Assembly (NCBI GenBank): GCA_965240325.2
Contig: OZ251222.1
Span: forward strand, 2,976,001 to 3,040,000
Direction: 5' to 3'
Length of the DNA stretch: 64,000 bases
Source of the DNA: Rebecca billardiae RCC1528
Lineage: Eukaryota; Protista; Haptophyta
The notes under the pieces are model-generated. The model saw only the letters and a list, made by a program, of their open reading frames with translations, ran no database searches and was not told the DNA's origin. This document shows, piece by piece, positions 1 to 12,887 of the stretch. The position numbers were made by a program, and so were the translations under genes. Positions within the stretch are counted from its first letter, which is position 1; every line of letters begins with the position of its first letter.

Positions 1-921
1 TCGCGCGTGCGCCTGGGCAAGGCCGCCGAGAGCGAGCACGCGCCACAGCCCAAGCCGCAGCGCACGCGCGTGATGCCCAAGCGCGGCGCCAGCGCTCAGG
101 GCCCGTCCTCGCGCGCGCCGGTGGCGCCTACGGCCTGCGGCGCGTGGGGCGTCGGCGGCGGGCTGAGCGTGCGCATCGTGCGCGGCCAGGGCGCGCACGT
201 CGCCGACTACTTTGTGATGGACGACGTGCTCGAAATCTACCGCGACCGGTTGCCGCGGTGCAACGTCGACTACCACGCGCGGGGCGGGGCGCACAACGTG
301 GACGCGGGCAGTCCAGAAGGCGCGGACGAGCACGACGAGGACGACTTTGCGTTCACGTCGGATGCGCGCTCGTCCAAGCGCCGCGCCCACCCGCGCGCGG
401 CCCCCGCCCCGAGCGGCGCTGCGAGCAAGCGCGCCAAGCGGCCGGTGGACTTCCTCGGCGACCTGATCGGCGGCGGCAGCGCGCCGTCGCCGCGGCCGGC
501 GCGTGGCTCCGGCGCGCACTCGGGCCGATTGACGCTGGCGCTCGTGCTCGACGATGGCGGTTTGCCTCTGGCGGCGCTCACGCTCCACGTGCACGCGCGG
601 CTGGGCGTGGGCGAGATCCTGCTCTGCGCCGTGCGCAAGCAGCGCTCCCGCCGTGGGCTGGGAGGCGCCCTGGTGGAGTGCACGCTCGAGGTGCTCCGCG
701 ACATCAGCGGGCTGCACACGGCCGTGTGCATCGCGAGCAAGGACTCGGTCGGGTTTTGGGAGAAGATGGGCTTCAGCGCGGATGTGAGCCTCGGGAGCGA
801 CGCGTGGGCGTCGCTGATCGACCCCTTCGACGATAGTGTCGTGATGCAGCTGCAGCTGCACAACGCGGAGCCTCATCGGCCTTTGGCCACGGGCACGGTC
901 CGCGCGTCAAGCGCCGGATAG
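1..921 (+). CDS. GNAT-family acetyltransferase (Gcn5/IDM1-like), 5' end probably outside the window
   Basis: Frame is open from position 1 to the stop at 921. GNAT motif A 'EILLCAVRKQRSRRGLGGALV' and motif B 'SVGFWEKMGF'. Confidence 0.75.
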   Translation, partial: SRVRLGKAAESEHAPQPKPQRTRVMPKRGASAQGPSSRAPVAPTACGAWGVGGGLSVRIVRGQGAHVADYFVMDDVLEIYRDRLPRCNVDYHARGGAHNVDAGSPEGADEHDEDDFAFTSDARSSKRRAHPRAAPAPSGAASKRAKRPVDFLGDLIGGGSAPSPRPARGSGAHSGRLTLALVLDDGGLPLAALTLHVHARLGVGEILLCAVRKQRSRRGLGGALVECTLEVLRDISGLHTAVCIASKDSVGFWEKMGFSADVSLGSDAWASLIDPFDDSVVMQLQLHNAEPHRPLATGTVRASSAG

Positions 922-1378
922 ACTATAGAGCGTCAGCCAGAGACTAGTGCTAGGACTGGGCCAGCTGGAGGCGTCACACCAGCAGCGCAAGCTGCCAATC
1001 CGTGTGAGTACTGTAGCTACTGCGCGTCGTCATTACAACTACCGGCGGCGGCTGTCAGTATTGTTACCAGCCAGCGAGAAGGCCGCGGTAGGCCGCCATT
1101 TGGCATTTGGCGGCCACCGCGGCCAGCATTATCGTCGCGGGAGCAGTTCTGTACGGTCAGTGAGTTCTGCCTGCATGCAGCCTGAGAAGTTGAAGTGCTC
1201 ATTTGGTGCCGCTTCACCGTCGGCTTTTGTCTTTTGAGCCATCTGGTAGCAGCAGCTAGCTACTCCGTAACTACTCGTCGGTGACTCATATTCATCATCA
1301 GACGACATTGTCATCACTAATAGTAATACTACTCATCATCAGCTGAGTGAATCAGCACCAGCCAAGCAGAGCTTGGAC

Positions 1379-2902
1379 CTAAGGTGGTGCAGCAGCGGGT
1401 GCGGCCGTTTCCATCGGCGGCGCCTCTTCTTCGGCGAGGCTGACGCCCGGAGGCACCACCGCGCGCATGCCCTCCTCGTCGTTGAGCACTTGGCGCCACA
1501 CAAACTCCTCGGCGTAGTGCGTGCCGACGGCCGCACCACGCGCATCGCCTCCTGCGCCGCCGGCCCCCGCACTCCCGGCCGCGCCGCCGTCCTGCGGCTG
1601 CGCGCGAGGCTCGCAGCTCGCCTGGCAAGTGTACACGGCCAGGGTGCCCCAATCCAGGGAGTCGGCGTCAAGCATATCGAGCTGCAGGTGGTTGAGCAGC
1701 TGCGGCATCACCTGGAACTCGAAGCAGCGCGGGGCGCCGCAGCGCGCGCACGGCGGCACGGCATCGCCAGGCTGGCCCTTGCGGCTGACCCACAGCGGCG
1801 ACGCGCGCGCGTGGCGGCAGTACCGGAGGCACTGCTCGGGCTCGACGGAGATGCGGCGCTGGAAGTCGAGAAACGCTTCGTCTTGCAGCTGCTCGAGGTC
1901 CTCGCCGTCGCCCAGGTCGTCGTCCTCCTCGGCGCCGCCCTCGGCGCCCATCGTGCCGCCCTCTGCCGACGAGCCCGCCTGCTCGCGCTGCTCCGCGCGG
2001 TACCGCTCGAGCATCCGCTGCTCGTGGCTGAGCTCCTGCGAGCCGAGCGCGGCCTCGACGTCGGGCTCCTCGTCAATCGCGAGCTCGAACTCGGGGAAGA
2101 CCCACCGCGCCTCCCGGCTGGGTGGCACCGGCGCGCCGTCCGTGCCGGCCTCGGCCTCGGCCGCGGGCGCGCCGACGGGCCGGCACGAGCGCTTGTGCCG
2201 CGCCCAGTCGAGCTGCTGGTGGCGTCGGCAGCAGTACGAGGCCACCTTGCACCGCCCGCACTTCGCGCTGCCGAGGAGCCCGCAGATCGCGCACTGCGAC
2301 GCGCCGGCGACCAGCTCCTTCGCCTCGGCGGCGCGCGCCTCCGTGTCAGTAGGCGGCCAGTAGGAGTAGAACAGGTTGTCGCGCGGGAGCTGCGCACGCA
2401 GCGCGCGCAGGCTGCCGTGCGCGCCGTGGCGGAGGCACGAGCCGCGGCGGCAGATGAAGAGGAGGAGCGAGCGGTGGAAGGCGTCCTCGCGCTCGTCGAG
2501 CGACGCGTACACCTGCAGCAGGAAGACGAGCGGGTCGTTGCACGTCGGGCACAGCAGCTCGTCCGCCGACGGGAGGTGCAGAGGGTCCAGCCATGCGGGC
2601 TTGCCGCCCACCTTGCTGGGGAAGAAGTAGGGCTGCAGGTGCTGCGGGAGCTCAGGCTCGTCCACAAAGCCGAGGAGCACCGCGGGTGGCTGGGCCGCCA
2701 AGGCTGCCGCGGCCGCGCGCGCCGCGGCGGACGGCGCCGCGGCCACCGGTGCCGCCGGGCGCTCCTCTGCGCCCACACGCGGCCCTTCCGCCTCGTGCCG
2801 CGCCACGAGGGCCTCAAGATCGGCGCTTACGGCAGGTACAGAGACCGCGTCGCCGGCGCCAACGTCCCACTCGCCGCCATCGACCTCCCACTCGTCCGCC
2901 AT
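1379..2902 (-). CDS. PDCD2: Programmed cell death protein 2 / TSR4-like (MYND finger + PDCD2_C)
   Basis: ATG at 2902 (MADEW). Motifs 'SKVGGKPAWL', 'C..C..PLVFLLQVYA', MYND 'CAICG..CGRCKVASYCCRRHQQLDWARHKRSC', and C-terminal 'FEFQVMPQLL..DWGTLAVYTC..SC..YAEEFVW'. Confidence 0.92.
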   Translation of the reverse strand: MADEWEVDGGEWDVGAGDAVSVPAVSADLEALVARHEAEGPRVGAEERPAAPVAAAPSAAARAAAAALAAQPPAVLLGFVDEPELPQHLQPYFFPSKVGGKPAWLDPLHLPSADELLCPTCNDPLVFLLQVYASLDEREDAFHRSLLLFICRRGSCLRHGAHGSLRALRAQLPRDNLFYSYWPPTDTEARAAEAKELVAGASQCAICGLLGSAKCGRCKVASYCCRRHQQLDWARHKRSCRPVGAPAAEAEAGTDGAPVPPSREARWVFPEFELAIDEEPDVEAALGSQELSHEQRMLERYRAEQREQAGSSAEGGTMGAEGGAEEDDDLGDGEDLEQLQDEAFLDFQRRISVEPEQCLRYCRHARASPLWVSRKGQPGDAVPPCARCGAPRCFEFQVMPQLLNHLQLDMLDADSLDWGTLAVYTCQASCEPRAQPQDGGAAGSAGAGGAGGDARGAAVGTHYAEEFVWRQVLNDEEGMRAVVPPGVSLAEEEAPPMETAAPAAAPP

Positions 2903-3054
2903 CGGGTTGCGACGACGAGTTTGACACGCGGTGCCGCCGTGCCGGACGTGGTCACGGTGTCGGCTGCGTGAGTGCGTGGCCGCATAACAGAAGTCGTCGT
3001 GCAGCGGCCAGCATGGCTGCCGCGACTGCTTCAATCGGCCGGTGAGTGCCAAAC

Positions 3055-3966
3055 ATGCACAAGCGCAGGGCCGAGTCGGGGCATAGATCCGCGGACAAGC
3101 GGCGCGCGCAGCCGAGTAACGAGCCCGTCCGTGGCGAGAGCATCGCGCTGGAGAAGTCGTACTTCCGCCTGACGTCCCTCCCTAACCCGGAGGATGTGCG
3201 CTCGGAGCGCGTGCTCGCCGAGGCGCTCCAAGTCGTGCGGTACCGCTGGCAGGAGGACGGCGACTACACGTACGCGAGGGAGCAGCTGCGCTCGATCCGG
3301 CAGGACCTGACCGTCCAGCACATACAGAACGAGCTCACCGCTGAGGTCTACGAGACGCACGCGCGGATCGCGATCGAGTCGGACGACCTCGACGAGTTCA
3401 ACGTGTGCCAGGCGCAGCTGCAGCCGCTGCACGCGGCCGGCGTGCGTGTGCAGCACGCGGCGGAGTTCTGCGCGTACCGGGTGCTATACAACGCCGTCGT
3501 GCCGCCGCGCGTGCACGCGGGCGCCGCGGTGCTCACGCAGCTCCAGCAGCTGAACGCGCGAGCGCTGCAGCACCCGGCGATCGCGCAGGCGCTCTCCGCG
3601 CACCTCGCCATCGCCGCGAACGACTTCGCGGCCTTCTTCCGGCTGCGGGGCCAGATGTACCACCTCGGCGCGCACTTCCTGGACAGGCTCGTCCCCGAGA
3701 TGCGCCGCCTCGGCCTGCGCGCCACGTGCCACGCGTACGAGCCGACGCTGCCCCTCGCGCGCCTGTCTGAGCTGCTCGGCTTTCCGACCGAGCGCGCGGC
3801 CGAGGAGTACCTCCGCCGGTACCACGGCGCGGAGGACGAACACTTCGTCCGGCGCGGCGCGGCGGGGGAGGAGGTGGCGGGCGAGGGTAGCGGGGTCGAG
3901 CTCGCGACGCGCCCGTTTCGACAGCGAGCCGCCGCGCACGCCGCAGCTCCGACGAGGAGGGCGTAG
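3055..3966 (+). CDS. SAC3/GANP/THP3 (LENG8-like) PCI-domain protein
   Basis: 'LEKSYFRLTS.P.PEDVR', 'EQLRSIRQDLTVQHIQNE..VYETHARIAIES.DL.EFN.CQAQL'. First ATG at 3055. Confidence 0.88.
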   Translation: MHKRRAESGHRSADKRRAQPSNEPVRGESIALEKSYFRLTSLPNPEDVRSERVLAEALQVVRYRWQEDGDYTYAREQLRSIRQDLTVQHIQNELTAEVYETHARIAIESDDLDEFNVCQAQLQPLHAAGVRVQHAAEFCAYRVLYNAVVPPRVHAGAAVLTQLQQLNARALQHPAIAQALSAHLAIAANDFAAFFRLRGQMYHLGAHFLDRLVPEMRRLGLRATCHAYEPTLPLARLSELLGFPTERAAEEYLRRYHGAEDEHFVRRGAAGEEVAGEGSGVELATRPFRQRAAAHAAAPTRRA

Positions 3967-4476
3967 CGCCGAGCACTAGTGCAGCCGGGCTCCTGTAAAT
4001 GTAGTGGACCGTGAAGCCCTGCGCCCGCTGCGGGCCCCTGCAGATGCTGACTTCTCGATCGTATCGCGCGTCATCAACTGACGAGTTTCACCTAATGCGC
4101 TGTTGCGCGAGCTTCTCGACTCTCGAGTCTACAGGCCAGCAGTGCCTTGCACACCAGTGCTACAGACCTGCCGCAGTGTTGTTCAGTGGCAGAATCAGTG
4201 CCGCTCCAGGCAGTGCGCTCCAGGGCGCGCGCCAGCACGACGAAAATAAAAAGCCACCAGCGCGCAGAGAAAACGAAACTCGACCGCCATCGTCGTGCTC
4301 GAGACGCGGCCTGCCGGCTAGGTGCGGGCGTGTGCGTGGCGCGGTGGTGCGGTCGATGCGCGCGGCCCGGCGCTCTCCTCCTCCTCTTCCTACGGGCCCG
4401 TGCCCCCCCTCTGATAACGGGTCGCCGCCCCCGCTCGATGCCCTCGCGCCCTGCCACGCGCGCAGGTGCGGCGCAC

Positions 4477-6838
<2,362 letters not shown>

Positions 6839-7046
6839 CGCGCCCGATGCCTGCTGCTCGTCATCGGATATCGGATGGTCGATTCGTCCGCCGCATCATT
6901 GATGGCCATCATCCGCCGATTCATCATCGGCCGTGTGCACTCGGTCTCGTCATGACGATGAGTGAGTAGACGGTCAGTGAGCGGTGACTCAGTGAGTCGA
7001 TCCGATATGCGATCAGCTTCGGATGCTGTAATGAATTATTCTGATA

Positions 7047-7050
<4 letters not shown>

Positions 7051-7082
<32 letters not shown>
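7051..7082. repeat. (TA)n microsatellite
   Basis: Seen directly. Confidence 0.95.
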
Positions 7083-7085
<3 letters not shown>

Positions 7086-7261
7086 CTATACGTGACTATT
7101 CGGCCGATTCCGGAGTCTCAGAGTCGCGCGACTCAGCTCTGAGCGTCAGCGGACTGATGACGGCGCTCGAGAGTCGAGTAGGCTCCTGGCACTGGCAGAC
7201 TCGGCCAGAGCCCAGAGCAGGCAGATCGAGGGCCACCGCGCTTGAATTTGAAATGACATCG

Positions 7262-7410
<149 letters not shown>

Positions 7411-8007
7411 TCATCATACTTTGCTATTGTCTACAGGTCTCATTGAGTCAGCAGAGCACTGATTCCGTTCACCGTTGAGTAGTCGTACTGCTAGTCGCAG
7501 GTCTCGCAGGCGGATGACACTCCGCAACGGCAAGGCGGTGTAAGCGAAGCTAGCTACAGTAGATAGAGTAGCGCATATAGTTACGGGCCGTCGTACGGTC
7601 TGGCACTAAGTGCCTTAGTCACTATTCACTAAGCAGCCTGCTGCTGCTGTTGTTAGCAGGCGGCGCAGCGCGGCTTATCTAGACTTATTTATAGCCGGCT
7701 TACGGCTACTGCCGACGCAGCTTAGACGTTACATATCTCAGCATCACATTCACGGGTCGTTTACGACAGACTGCTGAATACTATGTCGTGATGCTAATGT
7801 CAGTGTCATAGCGCGTACAGAGCATCACTGTCAACCGAGCTGACAATCGTTATCGAGTCGCAGAGCTCTATATACCGTCAGTAGTACTACGCCGCCGGTA
7901 CTTACTGTTAACGAGCACGGCTGCACACTACTCACTAGTCACTACTACTACTAACTACGACTGCGTGATTCGTGATGATGTCGTAAGTACTAAGTATGTC
8001 GTCAATA

Positions 8008-9352
8008 GACCGGCCTGACCTGGTCGCGTTCTTCATCAAACATATTAATGGCCCGCGGTGCAGGGCGGAACGCGCAGCGTGGAGCCCGCTCCGTGGGCCC
8101 TAACCACGTTTCAAAAAGATATTTGATCAAGAAAAAAGGGACGGGGGACGATTTTCAAGGCTGGAAGAGACCGAGTTTCGAATTTTGAGACCGCATCAAA
8201 GAGACATCGATTAGCGAGAAATGGACGCGCCCACGATATTCCCTAAGTAAAGTGCGATCTGGACGTGGGCCGGACGTGACTTTAGCGTAACGGTTCGTTA
8301 CGAGCGAATCGTATTCGTCGTCCCGGATCGCGTGACGTCCGGACTGGGCCACATCCGGATCGTCGGAGGTGACGTGCCCCGGCACGATGGCGGATGCTGC
8401 GAGCGCGCCTGCACGTGCCTCCGGACCCGCCTCCCGCTTGCTGCTCACGCAGTCAGCTGCGACCGTGGCGCATGATCGCAGAAGCAGTGCCGGCAGTACG
8501 GCCTGCATCAGCTAGTGCCGCGCCGTCGTGGCGCGCGCGGTAGTTGCGCGTTTGCAGCGCTCGCCGCTCGGCGACGGCACGCGCGTGCGGCTCAGGTGTG
8601 TCAAATGCGGTCTCGTCGGCGCGCTTTCGCCTGCCACCTCGTGCACCCGTGCCGCCAGCTTCATCGTCTTCATGAGGACTGCTGCTGCTGTCGCCATCCG
8701 CTCTCCATCACCCCGAGTCGCGCGGCGCGCGCGGTAGGCAGGGCGTACGGTCACTCACCCGTGCAACGGGTCAAGTGGCCAGAGTACGTCTGGTCGTTGG
8801 CTGGCACGGGCCGCAGCGCTAAAGCACCCTGCTGTCACACCCGACTCCTTCAGTACTCCGAGCTCCGCGGCACGACTCACTCGGCACGATCGCGGACGGG
8901 TCGGATCCGAGCTGATCAGCCAGAGTTGGACAGTTTGGCAGCTACTAGTGAGTAATAGTTGTCAGACGGACGTCCGATGCCGATGGCACGATCGCGGACG
9001 GGTCGGATCCGAGCTGATCAGCCAGTTGGACATTTGGCAGCTAGTTGTCAGACGGACGTCCGATTTGACGACCGGTGCCGGGTGCGGTCTCAGGTCCGCT
9101 GCTGTGATTGTGTGACTAGTGTGCCAATGAGTCTCGCGGTCGCGCAGGCAGCCGGCAGGGCGACGGTCGGACTAATAGCTTCATCAGAGTTCAGTCATCT
9201 CAGAACCGACTTCAACTGGCGAACTGCCACTACGGCGGAGAGCCGCGATTGCACGGCCACCGCGGGCCCCCAACTGCGTTGATTCTATGCAGAAAAGGAC
9301 CGCGGAACGCGGTCATATGTTTGATGAAGAACGCGACCAGGTCAGGCCGGTC
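8008..9352. repeat. 38-bp perfect inverted repeat pair (8008-8045 / 9315-9352) bracketing the hairpin-ended element
   Basis: GACCGGCCTGACCTGGTCGCGTTCTTCATCAAACATAT and its exact reverse complement. Confidence 0.92.
8046..9315 (+). mobile_element. Non-autonomous Helitron2/Helentron-like element, copy A
   Basis: 5' TAAT-GGCCCGCGGTG (8050-8060), subterminal inverse CACCGCGGGCC (9258-9268), terminal hairpin GACCGCG-GAA-CGCGGTC (9298-9314). About 200 bp of 5' end and about 60 bp of 3' end are shared with 49598-53996. Confidence 0.7.
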
Positions 9353-9460
9353 ATGGGGCCGTGAATCGTCGTGAGGATGCGTATCACGTGCCCTATGGCA
9401 TATCTGAATATATTACTATGCATGCTATTCGTTCTAATATTGATGCGACTCATAGTGTAT

Positions 9461-9462
<2 letters not shown>

Positions 9463-9511
<49 letters not shown>

Positions 9512-9519
9512 GTGTGTGT

Positions 9520-9563
<44 letters not shown>
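9463..9563. repeat. (CA)n / TA / (TG)n fold-back microsatellite
   Basis: A (CA)n tract is followed by a short TA spacer and then a (TG)n tract. Confidence 0.9.
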
Positions 9564-9566
<3 letters not shown>

Positions 9567-9576
9567 CATACATATA

Positions 9577-10423
<847 letters not shown>

Positions 10424-10521
10424 GCATTGACACTGCCGTACCCGCGAATAAGATCGGCGGCGTAGTATATATAGCCGATCATAGGCTAACTACGGCGATG
10501 TTCAGCAGTTGTCAGGCGGCG

Positions 10522-12750
10522 CTACGCTCGCCCACCGGCCAGATCCTCGATGACGGCAAGAGCGTCATCGAGGCTCGCGATCTGGTTTGTGCGCGCCTCG
10601 CGGAGACGCGCGTGCTCTCCATCCTCCTCGAGGACCACATCGCCGCCGTCTCCCGTCACCGTGGCGGTCTCGAAAAGCTCGCCACGATCATCCTGGAGCA
10701 CGGGTAGCAGGCAGTGCTGCATAGCCATGCGCCTGATGAGGCTCAGAATGCGGCCCTTCTGCCCCCCCCTCGACTCCAGGCTCGCTGCAGCCAAGTCGCT
10801 CACCATGTGGTGGGTCTCGATCAGGGAGTGCAGCCGGATGATCGAATCGGCGAGCGCCTGACTCGTCTCCACGCGCCGCATCAACGCCGCACGAAGGCGT
10901 GCAAATCGCGAGAGCTTGATGGGGAGCGCATGACGGCTCACTGCCGCCTCGCCAACGACTCGCTTGAGCGTGTCCACGATACCCGCGCGAAGATGCTCCT
11001 GCAGGAGGTTCGAGGTCGCGCGCGACAGCAGCACCACACACGCCCAGTCGTACTCGCGAGAGGACTCCGACTGCCCGAGCAGCTCGTCCATTCGCTGCGC
11101 AGCCGGTGTCGCCAGGGCCATGCACGCGTCGAGCTGCCGCGGCAGCCATTCAAAGCAGCCGTCCCATCGGATGTACGAGACGCCCTTGCCGCGGTCCCGA
11201 CGGTCACTCGCCATGAGATGCGACACCGACGCCGATTGCGCCTCGCGCAGCACAGCTCGCAGCTGCAGCCGACCGGGTGCTTCGCCAAGAGTGTGCCTCT
11301 CGCGTAGCTCCTTCTCGCGCATGCCTTGCAAGCGCTGCCGGTTAGCAGGCACCCAGCTCGTCTGGATGTGGAGGTTCGCGAGGTGAGAGAGGTGCTGCAG
11401 AAGGCCGTCGATGCCCATGTCATCCGCACGGAAGCCGAGAGTCGGATGCCCCGCGCACCACTGCCGCATCCACGCCCTCTCGGTGTCGAGCGCGGCCAGG
11501 AGATTCGGAGGCGCAGCGCCTGCGCCCGTGTCGCGATTCACCAACGGCACGATCCGGCGCACCGGGATGTCCTCGAGCTCATCCGCACCCGGCGTCAGAC
11601 GACCGCCGAGTCTGGCTCGCCAGTGCGCGGTGGCTCCGGAGCCGTGCTGCCCGTCCACCTTAGTCAGCACCAGAATCGTGCGCTCCCACAGGCGATTCTG
11701 CGGCGAGGCCTCCTCCTCCAGGATGCGCAGCATGCCGTTCCCGCGCAGCGTGTCCGGCCCCGCCGAGAGCACGCACAGGACGAGGCAGCTCGGGTCACGC
11801 AAATATCGGCGCGTGCACTCGAGCGACTCGCGGCGCGTCTGCTGCGGCACCTCGACGATGCCGGGCAAGTCGACAAGCTCCAGCTCGGGCACATTCGGAG
11901 CGCGGATCTCGATCTCGATCACCTCGTCGGTGATGATGTTGCGCCCCGTGTCGTTGGGGTGCTGGAGGAGCACGAACTCCTGAATCGCCCTGGCGATCAA
12001 GCCCGCATCCACGATATCCTGCGCCGCAGCCTGCTCGTTGAACTCAGGCGGCTGCATCTCCCGCTCCTGCAAGATCACGCGCGGAGTGCCGTCCTCGGCC
12101 ACCCGGACGTGCCGGAGGATGACGACGTTCTCGTGCGTGCGGTGGCGCAGCTTCATGCAAATGGGCATGCGCGTGGTGAACTGCTCGCCGCGCGGGAACG
12201 CCGACCGCATCGCCAATCGCTCGAGTGTGGAGCTCTTGCCCGAGGACTCCAGCCCGACGACGACAATCTTGGGCAGCTCGAGCTCAAGGTTGGCGCTCAC
12301 GCGGTCCAGTGCTCGGCGCACTCTGCCGTAGGCACCTTCCAGAAGCGCGTGGTTGATCCCGCCGTGCGCGCCATTTGAGGCGTCCCCGCCGAGACTCTGC
12401 GTGTCCAACCCGGCCGCGGCGTTGTATGTTTGCCGGCTTGCTGGCGTGGCGAGAGTTCGCCGCGCCTCGTTGACCAGGCTCGTGATCTGGTTGCACTTCT
12501 CGAGCAGATCGGCTCCGGCCTGGTTGTGCCGGTCAGGGTGGAAGCTAAGCCGCAGATTGTGGACTTGCTGCCGCACAAACACCTCCACGGTCTCGTGGAA
12601 CACCGTCACGCGGTCTTTGCGCAGGTTGAGGATCTCGTAAGCGGTGAGGCCGCCGCCGTCGTGAACGCCGTGGAGCCAGCCATGCCACTCATTGATCTCG
12701 TCGTGGGTGGCCGGCGACGCAGGGTTTGGAAAGCGTAGGTGCTCGTTCAT
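10522..12750 (-). CDS. J-domain (DnaJ) / Mx-like dynamin-family GTPase fusion, intronless, 742 aa
   Basis: J domain '[36 protein letters not shown]'. Dynamin G1 '[16 protein letters not shown]', G2 'TTRMP', G3 'LVDLPG', G4 'LTKVD'. GED-like C-terminus '[26 protein letters not shown]'. Confidence 0.88.
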   Translation of the reverse strand: MNEHLRFPNPASPATHDEINEWHGWLHGVHDGGGLTAYEILNLRKDRVTVFHETVEVFVRQQVHNLRLSFHPDRHNQAGADLLEKCNQITSLVNEARRTLATPASRQTYNAAAGLDTQSLGGDASNGAHGGINHALLEGAYGRVRRALDRVSANLELELPKIVVVGLESSGKSSTLERLAMRSAFPRGEQFTTRMPICMKLRHRTHENVVILRHVRVAEDGTPRVILQEREMQPPEFNEQAAAQDIVDAGLIARAIQEFVLLQHPNDTGRNIITDEVIEIEIRAPNVPELELVDLPGIVEVPQQTRRESLECTRRYLRDPSCLVLCVLSAGPDTLRGNGMLRILEEEASPQNRLWERTILVLTKVDGQHGSGATAHWRARLGGRLTPGADELEDIPVRRIVPLVNRDTGAGAAPPNLLAALDTERAWMRQWCAGHPTLGFRADDMGIDGLLQHLSHLANLHIQTSWVPANRQRLQGMREKELRERHTLGEAPGRLQLRAVLREAQSASVSHLMASDRRDRGKGVSYIRWDGCFEWLPRQLDACMALATPAAQRMDELLGQSESSREYDWACVVLLSRATSNLLQEHLRAGIVDTLKRVVGEAAVSRHALPIKLSRFARLRAALMRRVETSQALADSIIRLHSLIETHHMVSDLAAASLESRGGQKGRILSLIRRMAMQHCLLPVLQDDRGELFETATVTGDGGDVVLEEDGEHARLREARTNQIASLDDALAVIEDLAGGRA

Positions 12751-12887
12751 CGCTCTTGAGACCTCGCGGCTTGGCGCTGCTGGTGGCCGTCGGAGGGACG
12801 CGGAGGTGACGACCGAGACTGGCGCTGCTCGTCGCCGATGGATGGCGGATTCCCCTTGATGATTTCTTTGGATGGACAGGACAAATT

